NCBI GenBank assembly: GCA_958296135.2
Contig: CATQHZ020000001.1
Span: forward strand, 3,392,001-3,456,000
DNA from: an uncultured Poribacteria bacterium
Lineage (GTDB): Bacteria; Poribacteria; WGA-4E; WGA-3G
Length of the DNA: 64,000 nt
Direction of reading: 5' to 3'
Shown here: piece by piece, positions 20,079 to 29,809 of the stretch
Numbering within the stretch: the first letter of the stretch is position 1
How the letters are laid out: each line of letters begins with the position of its first letter
Made by a program: the position numbers and the translations under genes
Notes under the pieces: generated by a model
The model's input: only the letters and a program-made list of their open reading frames with translations
The model's database searches: none
What the model was told of the DNA's origin: nothing

Positions 20079-22835
20079 TCAGGAGACCGGGCGTGCCTTC
20101 CGCTTTGCATCTAACAACCGTCCCATTGCGGTAGAGGACACCGTCTCCATCGGTGCCTTCCCCGCTCGCGTCGGCGATACTGAACGTGCAGGCTCAGTAT
20201 GCATCGCGGGTGCAACATCCGCTTTTTTCTGCCGCAACCGTGTTAACGTCTCCGGCACACTTTCGTCAGAGGGACTGCGCAAGCGCGCCCACAATTCTGA
20301 CAAGTAACCCCGCGCAATACTGAACCGGCGGAGAATCATCTCCAAGACGAAAAGGACAACCGCGGCGATTAACAGTGCCTGTACTAACGATGCGCGGGTT
20401 TCAATAGGCTCACCCGAAGCCTGCACTATTTGCGCGACGGAAGGTTCGTAGCGTCCAAGCATTTTGAGCAACGGCACGTTCATCCCGAATGCCGCATACT
20501 CGGCAGGATAGGCGAAAGAGAGCGTTGCCGCGCGCTTCACGTTATCCGATTCCCGCTGCGCTGTGACAATATAGGCACCGCTGCCGGCTATCTGAAAACT
20601 GCCGATGTAGCGCGTCGCGTTCTGCTGTTGCATGGCCACAGTCTCGTGCGATGCATCCGGCCTGGCGATGTGGAGGCGATAGGAATCTTGTGAAGGCTGT
20701 TGCGTATCAATAACCGCCTCACCCTCACCGCTGCGGGATGATACGGCGAGCTCAAAGTCTGCATCTGCATCGTCCGCGGGAAGCGTCCAATTCACAATTT
20801 GTCCCCAAAACTGTCCGAAGTGCCGCCAAGAAATCCACGCTCGCGCCCAAGCCGGTTTAACATCCGATGTCCAAGCGATGGACTTTCCTAAGCCAAAACG
20901 CCACCCGGCCAGAATCGGTTCCTCGCGATGCGAACGTATGAAGAACCGGGCACCGTCTTTTTCCGCGGTTGCAACATAGCCGTGAAGCAGGGGTAGGGTG
21001 CTAATGCCAGCCAAAATCGGTGCCTCAGGGATAGCAAGAACCGGTTGAAACAGTTCTTGAACGATATAGCGTTGCGTTTCTCGGACGGTTTCGGTTAAAA
21101 CCGCTGGCAATTCTTGCACATTTTGCACGAAGACAGAACGGCCGCCGCCGGCTCCCGCAATTTCCGTGAGGAGCGTTTTGTCGGCATCACCTATCGCAAT
21201 TGTGGTGATACCGATGCGCGCCTCAGCGAGCTGCTTCGCCACATTCAGAAAACCGGAACGCTCCCCGGTAGAATTCCCATCTGACAAGAGGACGATGTGC
21301 TTCCGTTTCGCATCAGTAGTTTTGAGTATCTCCCCCGCTTGCTGGAGGGCATCTTTCATCATCGTCGTGCCACCCGCAGGACGGAGTCTTCCTACGGCAC
21401 GGATAAGCGAACCCCGGTCGGCGGTGAGGGAGGAGATGACGTGAACCGCCGTGTTGAAACCGAGCAGCCCTGCAGTGTCTTCCGTCTTCAGATTGCGAAT
21501 ACCGGCCCGCACGCCTTCAATCGCGAGTTGGATTTTTTGGCGCGCGTTGACATAGTTGGCCATGCTCCCAGACGTATCAATCACAAAAAGCAGCGCGACA
21601 GAATCCTGCTGTTGGCGCGGTGTCATTTCCACAGGGAGGACACGTTCCAAGGCCGTGTTGGTATAGCCGCCCGGGCCGAACGCCCGAGGGCCGCCGATAA
21701 CGACTAACCCGTGCCCAAGCACGCGGACATAATTTTCTATCGCGTTTAACTGCTGTGTTGACAGGGCATCCGCAGGAACGTTGCTCAGAATAAGTGCGTT
21801 ACTGCGCTGGAGCTCCACCAATTCTGTGGGCATCTCCGCAGCAGAAAGAACCTCAACAATAAATCCATTTTCTTCCAAGACTGCTTTCAGCAGTCCGGCG
21901 TGTGCCGGTTCGCTCTCGACATACAAGACATGCGGCTTGTCCTGAATTTTGACAACACCGTAAGCGTGATTATTTTCAGGGATTGCGTCGCTGAGGTTCA
22001 GTTTTAAGTGATAGGTATGAATGCCCTCCGCTTTCACCTGTTGCACAGGCAGCTCAAGCACATGTCTGCCTCGCGGCAGCGTCCATTCTGCCTCGTGAAT
22101 CGGCACGCTGTTGTGAGAGAGGGTGGCAGGCAGCACCGGGATGCTGCCATCGGTTTCAACAATCGCCTGTATCCGGAAGCGTTGTCCTTTTCTCACCTGA
22201 GTCGGCATCTGCAATTGATGCACCTGAAGCGCGTCTTGGACAGACTGCAGCGGCACCGCGAAAATCTCCACGTTACTCGCCTTGAGCAGTGGAAGATAGT
22301 CGATGAGGGCGGTGCCGCCAGCGTTATCAAGTCCATCGCTGAAAAGCACGATGCGGCGTTGGTGTGCATCTATGAGCATCGCCAACGCGCGTTTGAGGGC
22401 GGCGAGGATATCGGTGCCTTCACTCGGCGCGGACAAATTGCTATATGCCTCGGCAGTTAGCTGCGGCTGCACCGCTTTCGGCCGGAGTTCCAGCAGGAGC
22501 GAGGCATCCTGTGCGAAACCGATGAGGCCAAACCGGTCGGTGGGGTTCAACTTTGCGATGGCGGCGTTCATCAGGTTAAATGCTTCGACGCGCCGGTCCC
22601 GCGCGACGCTGTCGGACATGTCCAGTAAAAAGACAACCGATAGGCGTTGCTCTTGATGCGTTCTTTGCAAGTTTGCCAAGGCAAGCACAGCGCAAAAGAT
22701 GGCACCGCCTCTAAGGCAAAACGTCACCCAGCGCCGCCATTTCACCGCGGCGACTTTTGTCCCTCGCCGCACGAGTATCAGCAGCGGCACCGCGGCGAGT
22801 AAAAGGAAAAAGAGGGGATAGGTGACGTAAAACAT
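20079..22835 (-). CDS. Membrane protein with two VWA domains and a class I glutamine amidotransferase-like domain
   Basis: BatA-like N-terminus; MIDAS motifs DMSDS and DTSGS; GGPRAFGPGGY...LPV; GLGKSIAWTSD; C-terminal TM. Confidence 0.85.
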   Translation of the reverse strand: MFYVTYPLFFLLLAAVPLLILVRRGTKVAAVKWRRWVTFCLRGGAIFCAVLALANLQRTHQEQRLSVVFLLDMSDSVARDRRVEAFNLMNAAIAKLNPTDRFGLIGFAQDASLLLELRPKAVQPQLTAEAYSNLSAPSEGTDILAALKRALAMLIDAHQRRIVLFSDGLDNAGGTALIDYLPLLKASNVEIFAVPLQSVQDALQVHQLQMPTQVRKGQRFRIQAIVETDGSIPVLPATLSHNSVPIHEAEWTLPRGRHVLELPVQQVKAEGIHTYHLKLNLSDAIPENNHAYGVVKIQDKPHVLYVESEPAHAGLLKAVLEENGFIVEVLSAAEMPTELVELQRSNALILSNVPADALSTQQLNAIENYVRVLGHGLVVIGGPRAFGPGGYTNTALERVLPVEMTPRQQQDSVALLFVIDTSGSMANYVNARQKIQLAIEGVRAGIRNLKTEDTAGLLGFNTAVHVISSLTADRGSLIRAVGRLRPAGGTTMMKDALQQAGEILKTTDAKRKHIVLLSDGNSTGERSGFLNVAKQLAEARIGITTIAIGDADKTLLTEIAGAGGGRSVFVQNVQELPAVLTETVRETQRYIVQELFQPVLAIPEAPILAGISTLPLLHGYVATAEKDGARFFIRSHREEPILAGWRFGLGKSIAWTSDVKPAWARAWISWRHFGQFWGQIVNWTLPADDADADFELAVSSRSGEGEAVIDTQQPSQDSYRLHIARPDASHETVAMQQQNATRYIGSFQIAGSGAYIVTAQRESDNVKRAATLSFAYPAEYAAFGMNVPLLKMLGRYEPSVAQIVQASGEPIETRASLVQALLIAAVVLFVLEMILRRFSIARGYLSELWARLRSPSDESVPETLTRLRQKKADVAPAMHTEPARSVSPTRAGKAPMETVSSTAMGRLLDAKRKARPVS

Positions 22836-22921
22836 CTATAGACATCAAGCCCCTAATGAAGACTGAGAAAAGAAACAGGTTATTTTCTGCGATGGATGCG
22901 GGCGGATAGAGACATCCGCCC

Positions 22922-24610
22922 TTACACGCTCTCACGGCGAAGTTCCTCAAAATATTCTTCTGCCACTTGCCGTTCTGCCGTGTGCGTCAAGTTGTAACGC
23001 TTGCACAGCGCGATATAGTCGTGAACCAGCGTTGTCCGTCGCTGCGCATCTATATCGCCCCCTACAACCAGCATCGCTTTATAGGCAGGGATGGCGGCTT
23101 TTTCGACACGCTCCCGAATCTCGGCATTCTCTGCAAGGGATAACGCCTCTTGAAAATAGTCAAACACGATTTGGGCGGTTTCTGCACCCAAACCGACATC
23201 CTCCGGTGCCGCGAAACACTTCGGGTGCAGCCCTCTCGCATCGGCGTTGTCGTGGAGGAAGGTGATATACGCCAAAATCGGTGGTGCTGCAGCACCGTAG
23301 TGGAACTCTACAAACTCAGTTAAAAGTGCTTCATCGTCCAGCCGCGGATTCCACAAGAGTTGTGAGATGAGGTAATTCCTGAGCTCGGAGAATTCGCCGC
23401 TCAATCCGTTGCCATTCGCCTGCATGAAAACCCCTTTCGCATTGTTCCGCAAGAAATAGCGGACATTCGGCGCGATACTCCGCAGATTCGGGAACGGCAA
23501 ATCGTAGGAACGGAAATTGGTGTTGTAATGCCAGAGCCAGATGTCGTCACAGATTTTACCCCACTCGTTCGTGTCTTGGCAGAACGCGCGGTTCCGTTCG
23601 CACGCGGGAGTATCAATCGCATGGAGCGTGCAGCACTCAATGCTACAGAGCTGAATCTGCACATTGTGGCGCGGGCGAAGCGTCTTGGGCGGCTTGCGGG
23701 TATACCAATACGCCAGCGTGCCAACCTTGACATGCGGATGCACCTTTTCAATGCGTTCCGCAACAGCATTGACGAACGTTAACTGTGAACCCATCGGTGT
23801 CTCTTCGCGACGGTTCAGTGCCTCACACGGCTCGCACCGGCAATATGCAGCGGTATCCGCTTGACTCACGCTGATGTTCGTCACATCCGGATGCGCATCG
23901 AGGTGCTGAATCGCCGACTCGGCGGCAATCTCAATGACTTCGGAATTGGTAACGCACAACTGCGGCCCCCCGCCGTGGGTATTTGTATCCCGTCTTCCAT
24001 CCACGAGCGCGTAATACTCTGGATGCGACGCACCATAGGTATCAAAAGGCACCAGCCAATGAAACGAATGGTTGATGAGTTGCTGCTGCGTTCTCCCACC
24101 GAGGTTCTCGGCATCCGTCACCGTGTTGACTTTGCGCTTCGCAGCGAATTCTGGCACTTCCGAATTTTCGCGATAATAACTCCACCGAAACGAAAATGGC
24201 GGTTTGTAGAGATACCCACCGCACGGAATTTTCAGCGCAGCCGCATCGGGAACATAGGTATGCTCCGCCGTTAAAAATCGGAAACCAACCAATTCTTCAA
24301 GAAACTGATACACCGCGTAAAGAATGCCGCGCGGGCTCCCGCCACTGATGCGCACACCCACCGTTTCAACGTCAATGTTAATCTCCTCCGCGTCTAGGAC
24401 AGGAGAGGCACCGATGTAAATGAATCCCTCAGCGTCCGGCGAGGGCTCCCACTGAATGACTTGGCGAAAATACTTTTGGAACTCTTCGGCGGCGTATTTT
24501 TCGGAGGCCCCCGCGGTAGGTGGAAGGACAACGCGCCAACGCCGCATCGCCGACAATGCCAAAACGTCAGTGCCAGAAGGGTGATACATGAGCGTTTTTT
24601 CTGTTGCCAT
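22922..24610 (-). CDS. DUF4838-domain protein (glycoside-hydrolase-like)
   Basis: RGILYAVYQFLE, HPEYYAL..G.R, QLCVTN, CRCEPC, TLAY, LLWNP, YGAAA. Confidence 0.85.
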   Translation of the reverse strand: MATEKTLMYHPSGTDVLALSAMRRWRVVLPPTAGASEKYAAEEFQKYFRQVIQWEPSPDAEGFIYIGASPVLDAEEINIDVETVGVRISGGSPRGILYAVYQFLEELVGFRFLTAEHTYVPDAAALKIPCGGYLYKPPFSFRWSYYRENSEVPEFAAKRKVNTVTDAENLGGRTQQQLINHSFHWLVPFDTYGASHPEYYALVDGRRDTNTHGGGPQLCVTNSEVIEIAAESAIQHLDAHPDVTNISVSQADTAAYCRCEPCEALNRREETPMGSQLTFVNAVAERIEKVHPHVKVGTLAYWYTRKPPKTLRPRHNVQIQLCSIECCTLHAIDTPACERNRAFCQDTNEWGKICDDIWLWHYNTNFRSYDLPFPNLRSIAPNVRYFLRNNAKGVFMQANGNGLSGEFSELRNYLISQLLWNPRLDDEALLTEFVEFHYGAAAPPILAYITFLHDNADARGLHPKCFAAPEDVGLGAETAQIVFDYFQEALSLAENAEIRERVEKAAIPAYKAMLVVGGDIDAQRRTTLVHDYIALCKRYNLTHTAERQVAEEYFEELRRESV

Positions 24611-24927
24611 GATTTTCTCCTGAATTTCTTACTATCCTTTCCGTTATCAGGTGTCTCTATACTAACAAAATCTAGCGCGGTTGAAAACCGCGCCTACCGG
24701 AGAATAGGTTCAAACGCCGCAGTCAGAGCACTGTGGAAGCGTGCAATACTGCCCGGCACGATGAGAAACCGCATCTATCGGGTTCGTTTTCAATGAGTTT
24801 ACAGCACGTCGCGTTTTTTGTCAACAAAAATAGGGCCCCGCGTGTCATATATACTGACAACGGAAACCGAACATCGTTCCACTGTCATTTTTGTTGAAGA
24901 AACCTCCGCTTTTAGGTTACATATCTT

Positions 24928-25533
24928 ATGAAACACCGTTTTAATCCGCTTCCAGACTTAGATGAACGGCTTGAGTTTGTCGACAACCAAGTGCGGCAGG
25001 CGCGCCGCAGCCTCAACCGGCAAGTAGAAGAGGCACTCATCCCCCTCGATATTCAGGAGGATTTCACCATCTCTGAACTGCAAGGCGATGTGATGCTTGT
25101 CTCCCGTGATGACGATTTGCATGACAAAATTGGGGAACTTCTCCGTTCTGAAGGCTACCCGTTCGATATGCCAGAACGCACCTCCGAGGCCATCGGACTG
25201 CTGAAACTGCGTAAATATCGGATGATTATCGCTGATTGCAGGCATAGACGACGTTCCCGCCTTTTTGACTATATTGAACGGTATCAACCGTTCGTCAAAA
25301 TCATCACGATTGTGCCCAACCGTGACAGGGCACGTGAATCAATGAAACGGGGCGGCTATAGCTTCCTGATGCGCAAAGATTTTGACCCGGAGCAACTGCG
25401 AACCTGTTTGATAAGTTCGCTGCAGCTGCGGCACCGCGTCTGCTGGCTGCTCGCACACGGTGAACCGTGCAACCGCTCCTGCGTCGATAGTTACCAATCC
25501 GATGAAGATTTCGGAGAAATGCAAGAACGGTAA
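24928..25533 (+). CDS. Atypical response-regulator receiver protein with a Cys-rich tail
   Basis: VMLVSRDD...L..EGY...IIAD...GGYSFLMRK.F receiver-like pattern; C-terminal C-x8-C-x3-C. Confidence 0.6.
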   Translation: MKHRFNPLPDLDERLEFVDNQVRQARRSLNRQVEEALIPLDIQEDFTISELQGDVMLVSRDDDLHDKIGELLRSEGYPFDMPERTSEAIGLLKLRKYRMIIADCRHRRRSRLFDYIERYQPFVKIITIVPNRDRARESMKRGGYSFLMRKDFDPEQLRTCLISSLQLRHRVCWLLAHGEPCNRSCVDSYQSDEDFGEMQER

Positions 25534-25574
25534 GGGCGGCCCTCTTCACATCCGTCCAGCCGTGAGAGTCGAAA

Positions 25575-26078
25575 ATGGCAACAAACCTAGAATTCAAAGC
25601 ACGGTGTAAATCGCTAGAGGCACTCCAAACAAGGTTGGCAGCCCTACAAGCGATGCACAGAGAAACCGTCCACCAAGTGGACACCTATTTTCAGACACCC
25701 ACTGGCAGGTTGAAATTGCGCGAAATCGCGGAGACAGGCGAAGGGTGGCTCATCTACTACGAACGTCCGAATCAGCCGGCATCGCGCTACAGTCAGTACC
25801 AACTCTGCGAAATCGCGGATGCCGCTGCCCTGAAAAACTTGCTAACTGCCGCATTCGGCATAAAAACGACTGTCGAAAAACGACGCGAGGTCTGGATGTT
25901 CAACAACACCCGCATCCACCTTGATACCGTTGCCAGCCTCGGTCAGTTTGTTGAATTGGAGACCGTTTTCCAAGGACAAACTCATGCCGAAGCAATCGAA
26001 GAACATCAACACGTTAAAACAACGCTCAACCTAGACGCGGCAGAACCGGTCGCTGGCTCTTACAGCGAATTGGTTTGA
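25575..26078 (+). CDS. CYTH-domain protein (class IV adenylate cyclase-like)
   Basis: NLEFKAR, QVDTYF, RLKLRE, VEKRRE, IHLDTV, FVELE, SYSEL. Confidence 0.9.
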   Translation: MATNLEFKARCKSLEALQTRLAALQAMHRETVHQVDTYFQTPTGRLKLREIAETGEGWLIYYERPNQPASRYSQYQLCEIADAAALKNLLTAAFGIKTTVEKRREVWMFNNTRIHLDTVASLGQFVELETVFQGQTHAEAIEEHQHVKTTLNLDAAEPVAGSYSELV

Positions 26079-26347
26079 GCACCGTGTCAACAAGAGGATT
26101 CACTATGTATTGTTCAATATACCGCAAACTGTTGGAGGCCAACACGGGAGTGAATAGCCACAAAAGGAACAAACTTGTCAGCATTTACGCGCAGGTGCCT
26201 TCGGTAACGAAACTCAAGGCGACCCGGGCATTGTTAGCCGATCTGAAAACGGCGTTAAATCGGCGCGATGACGTGGCACTGCCGCTGACGGCCATCCGGC
26301 ATTGGCTTTACGAGAAGCGTTTGAACTAAACGAGACGCGCACGCAGC

Positions 26348-26480
26348 CCGTAGGGCGGGGGCCCGGCGAGCGCGAATCGCCGAGGGTTTCCCCCGCCATG
26401 CCAGGGCCCCCTCAGCGACTAACGCTCGCCGGGTTTTCCCTCGCGCTACGAAAAGGAGAAGGGTGTCCTGTCCCCGCCCT
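26348..26480. repeat. Composite REP-like element
   Basis: ccgtagggcggggg...gcgaatcgccgagggtttccccc; similar to 48517-48620. Confidence 0.65.
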
Positions 26481-26493
26481 TTTTGTTTCCATC

Positions 26494-27450
26494 CTATTCA
26501 TCTTTCAATCGCGAAAAAATCGCCTGAACCCACAGCGGAATCATCAACTCGTGATGCCCCGTAAACGTATACCCATGCCCCCCCATCTCCGTCGGACGCT
26601 TGACGACGTTCTCCACTGGCCGATACTGCTGTTGCATATCAAAATTCGCAGTCGTAAAATGAGATACCGTATGCCCCAGATTGCGAGCTATCGTTAACGC
26701 TTTCAAGAAAACTTCCGGCAGCATCACGGCGGAACCGAAGTTTAGCACAACGCCTCCGCCTTCCAAGCGCGTTATCATCTCTGTTAACAGACGGAAATCA
26801 GTAAAACTCGCCTCGCCGATAGCGGCACCATTTGCCGCAGGATGCTGATGGATAATATCCGTGCCGATGGCGACATGCACCGTTATGGGCACATCGTAGC
26901 GAATCCCCGCGGCGAGCAGACTGTAATCGGTGTAGGGCGCATCCATTTCAACAAGCAACTTGCCCAATGCTTCTCCCATCCCGATGCCGGTATCGACAGC
27001 ACGCTGAATTGCCTCGTTCATCAAGCGTCCTGTCTCTTCCCACATGCCAAATTGCCCGGTTTGGAGATATGCGCCGACATCCTCCGAGGTCTCGCCGATA
27101 AGAGCTATCTCAAAATCGTGGATGCTGCTCGCGCCGTTAAAGGCAAAGCCGGTAATCACGCCGCGCTTTGCCAATGCGATTAACAGCGGGCTCAATCCGC
27201 ACTTGATGACATGTCCTCCCATCATCACGATAACCGGTTTTTGCTGCTGATGTGCAGCGACGATGGTATCAACAAGTGCCAAAAAATCGGGTGCCTTCAA
27301 AATGCGCGGGAGACTCTCCAAAAACGGGGACAAGTCTACCGCCGGACCTGGCACGGTTGCAAAATTGTGAATGGAGACTTTGTTGATGCGTTCCTGAAGG
27401 GGATAGGTAGTTACGGCGGATAAGTCAATCGGACTCGGGCGTTTTTTCAT
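26494..27450 (-). CDS. Deoxyhypusine-synthase-like NAD-binding protein
   Basis: MGGHVIKCGL, IHDFE, TSEDV, GTDIIH, GSAVMLPEVFLKA, GHHELMIP. Confidence 0.75.
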   Translation of the reverse strand: MKKRPSPIDLSAVTTYPLQERINKVSIHNFATVPGPAVDLSPFLESLPRILKAPDFLALVDTIVAAHQQQKPVIVMMGGHVIKCGLSPLLIALAKRGVITGFAFNGASSIHDFEIALIGETSEDVGAYLQTGQFGMWEETGRLMNEAIQRAVDTGIGMGEALGKLLVEMDAPYTDYSLLAAGIRYDVPITVHVAIGTDIIHQHPAANGAAIGEASFTDFRLLTEMITRLEGGGVVLNFGSAVMLPEVFLKALTIARNLGHTVSHFTTANFDMQQQYRPVENVVKRPTEMGGHGYTFTGHHELMIPLWVQAIFSRLKDE

Positions 27451-27537
27451 GTTTTTCCAACGGGTTACGGGGGCTACGAGGTGGGAATGTTTACGTCCGC
27501 CACGTGAACCAACCGAAATGAAAACGAAATCGCCTTG

Positions 27538-27918
27538 CTACTCCGCCGCCTGAAATTCAAAAGCGTTCTCGATCTGCTCAAGGTGCAACAACTTCAACCG
27601 GGACGACAGGTGAATGGCGATAACATCAAAACGGCAGAGAGCATCTAACAAATTTTGAGACTGTAGATATGCCAGAGCAATTTTGGAAATCTGCTGCTGT
27701 TTGCGGAGAGTTACGGCATCTTGCGGCAGCCCAAACTTGAGGCTGCGGCGCGTTTTAACTTCTACAAAAACGATACAATCACCATCTCGCGCCACTAAGT
27801 CAATTTCACCACGTTGCGCGCGGTAATTCTGCGCAAGAATGTGATACCCTTTCTTCTGAAGGTGCGCCGCCGCGAATCCCTCTCCAATCTTGGCAACGTC
27901 TGAACGTGAAGGACGCAT
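27538..27918 (-). CDS. yraN: YraN-family PD-(D/E)xK nuclease
   Basis: GE..AA..L...GY.IL..NYR...GEIDLVA...FVEVKTR...RFDVIAI...ENAF. Confidence 0.9.
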   Translation of the reverse strand: MRPSRSDVAKIGEGFAAAHLQKKGYHILAQNYRAQRGEIDLVARDGDCIVFVEVKTRRSLKFGLPQDAVTLRKQQQISKIALAYLQSQNLLDALCRFDVIAIHLSSRLKLLHLEQIENAFEFQAAE

Positions 27919-28013
27919 TTGTGTCTCTCGTTTTTGGACAGTTTACGTGTCTATGGGTGGATATAGAAATCCACCCTTACATTTCAGAATGGAAGTCGCG
28001 ACAGGGAGCGCGT

Positions 28014-29291
28014 CTACTGCCCGATAGCGTAAAGCGCGTCATAAGTCCGCAGATAGAGCGTGCCATCAGCAATGACTGGCGATGCCGCAATGGGTTCACC
28101 AACCTCATTCGTCGCGACAATTTCAAAATCACGTCCAGCCTTGACAACGTTCACAACACCATCGCGGGATGTCAGGTAGATAAACCCATCGGCGTAGATA
28201 GGCGACGCGCGGTGCCGGTGCCGATGCGTGCGTTCCCGATAGAGCCGCTTCCCCGTCTTCGCATCTAGACACAGTAAATCGCCGTTCTCTCGGCACAGGT
28301 AGACGAATCCATCGTGGATAAGTGGCGAGGGGACATCCGGGGTGCCTTGTGGAAGTTTCCAGATTTGCCATTTGCTGTCGGTGATGTCCGCGCCTTGCGC
28401 CCCCGGGGCGATGCCCAAAACCGGGCCGTTTTTCGCGGAAGGCACCACAATGAGCCCTTCAGTTGCAACCGGTGAAGCCACAAAACGGAGTGAATAGTTG
28501 TAACTTGCTTCAGGATTTAGCCCACCGCATCGCCAGATTTCACTACCATCTTCAAGGCTGTGCGCCGTGACATAATCAGCACCAAGCACAACGAGGAATT
28601 CGCGTTCAGCGTCCCGATAGAGAATCGGCGAGGTATAGGCGTGCTCGCATTCAGCGGTGGCATCGCTGTCACGGTGATGCTTCCAAATCTCTGCCCCGGT
28701 CGCTTTGTCAAGCGCTAAAACCAGCCACGCGTTGCTATGGATAAGTTGGATGTAAAGCCTATTCTTGTCAAGCAACGGCGTTGTTGACATAACAAAGTAG
28801 AGGTCGAAGGTGCCGTAACGTTCCGCCAGGTTCGTCTGCCAGACCTGGTTTCCCTCAACGTCATGGCATGCGAGGTTACCGTTGCCGATGAACGTCCAGA
28901 CGTGTTCGCCATCGGTTGAAGGGGAGGGTGCAGCGAAATTGCCTTCACCGCCACGCACAACGCGGTTGCCGTGGCCTAAGGTGCGTTTCCAGAGCACTTC
29001 TCCCGCAGTACTGACACATAACAAGACGAGCGCGTCCCCTTCAGCCGAGGTGAGGAAAATCTTGTCTTTCCACACTGCAGGTGTGGCCGCTCCTTCACCG
29101 GGCAACGGCAAACGCCATTTGACATTCTCGGTACGGTTCCAATGGATAGGCACATCGGTTTCATGACTCGTGCCGTTGTTACGCGGACCACGCCACTGAG
29201 GCCAGTTGTCGGCGAAACTGTTCGCCGCAATTGTCAACATGAAGAGGCATAAGAGCAGTGCCGCTCCGTTTTTCAAAATACGTGTCTGCAT
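28014..29291 (-). CDS. Secreted PQQ-like beta-propeller protein
   Basis: Signal peptide; DNWPQWRGP, ALDKATG.EIW, ASPVIADGTLYLRT. Confidence 0.9.
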   Translation of the reverse strand: MQTRILKNGAALLLCLFMLTIAANSFADNWPQWRGPRNNGTSHETDVPIHWNRTENVKWRLPLPGEGAATPAVWKDKIFLTSAEGDALVLLCVSTAGEVLWKRTLGHGNRVVRGGEGNFAAPSPSTDGEHVWTFIGNGNLACHDVEGNQVWQTNLAERYGTFDLYFVMSTTPLLDKNRLYIQLIHSNAWLVLALDKATGAEIWKHHRDSDATAECEHAYTSPILYRDAEREFLVVLGADYVTAHSLEDGSEIWRCGGLNPEASYNYSLRFVASPVATEGLIVVPSAKNGPVLGIAPGAQGADITDSKWQIWKLPQGTPDVPSPLIHDGFVYLCRENGDLLCLDAKTGKRLYRERTHRHRHRASPIYADGFIYLTSRDGVVNVVKAGRDFEIVATNEVGEPIAASPVIADGTLYLRTYDALYAIGQ

Positions 29292-29455
29292 GATACAACT
29301 CCGTTTTATGCATGTTTAGTCCCGATTCAAGGAAACCACATTTCCACGGGTAGGCGGGTTCTCCCAGTATGGACAACTCCCATTCGGCAAACGAAAGGGC
29401 TAAGTAAACCGGCCGAATGCCGCAGACACCGCCCCGGTGGCAGCCGGCTTGCCGT

Positions 29456-29743
29456 TTATTTTCGGGCGTGAGTCTTACCGTTTTCGGCTTCTTCGGCGCG
29501 TTGTTCCGCCGCTTTCGCGCGTTGTTCCGCCGCTTCGGCGCGTCGTTCGGCTTCTTCGACACGTTTCTTCGCTTGTAAGTAATACATCAGCACTCGCTCC
29601 AGAATCTTCGCACCGACGACAATCAGAAAAGATACGGCAGCAGCAAAAAGCACCAGATGATGAAACACATCTTTCGCAATATGAACATCAGGAGTGCCAG
29701 CAGCGATACCGACACGTATCGTTTGCCAGACAGCCCAAGGCAC
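29456..29743 (-). CDS. Small membrane protein with an AEQRA/AERRA coiled-coil tail
   Basis: One hydrophobic segment followed by AERRAEAAEQRAKAAEQRAEEAE; start position uncertain. Confidence 0.45.
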   Translation of the reverse strand: MPWAVWQTIRVGIAAGTPDVHIAKDVFHHLVLFAAAVSFLIVVGAKILERVLMYYLQAKKRVEEAERRAEAAEQRAKAAEQRAEEAENGKTHARK

Positions 29744-29809
29744 ATAAACGCTAGCGATACCGCTTTCTTGTCAAATGAATAATCTCCTTTAATTGGACGC
29801 GCCGTTTTT

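Noticed and set aside
26075-26329. 84-aa ORF after the CYTH gene
   Set aside because: No clear RBS or family motif; may be a remnant but cannot be supported.
29344-29440. HDV-like ribozyme suggested by gccgaatgggag on the minus strand
   Set aside because: No matching P2/P3 partner or L3 motif upstream.
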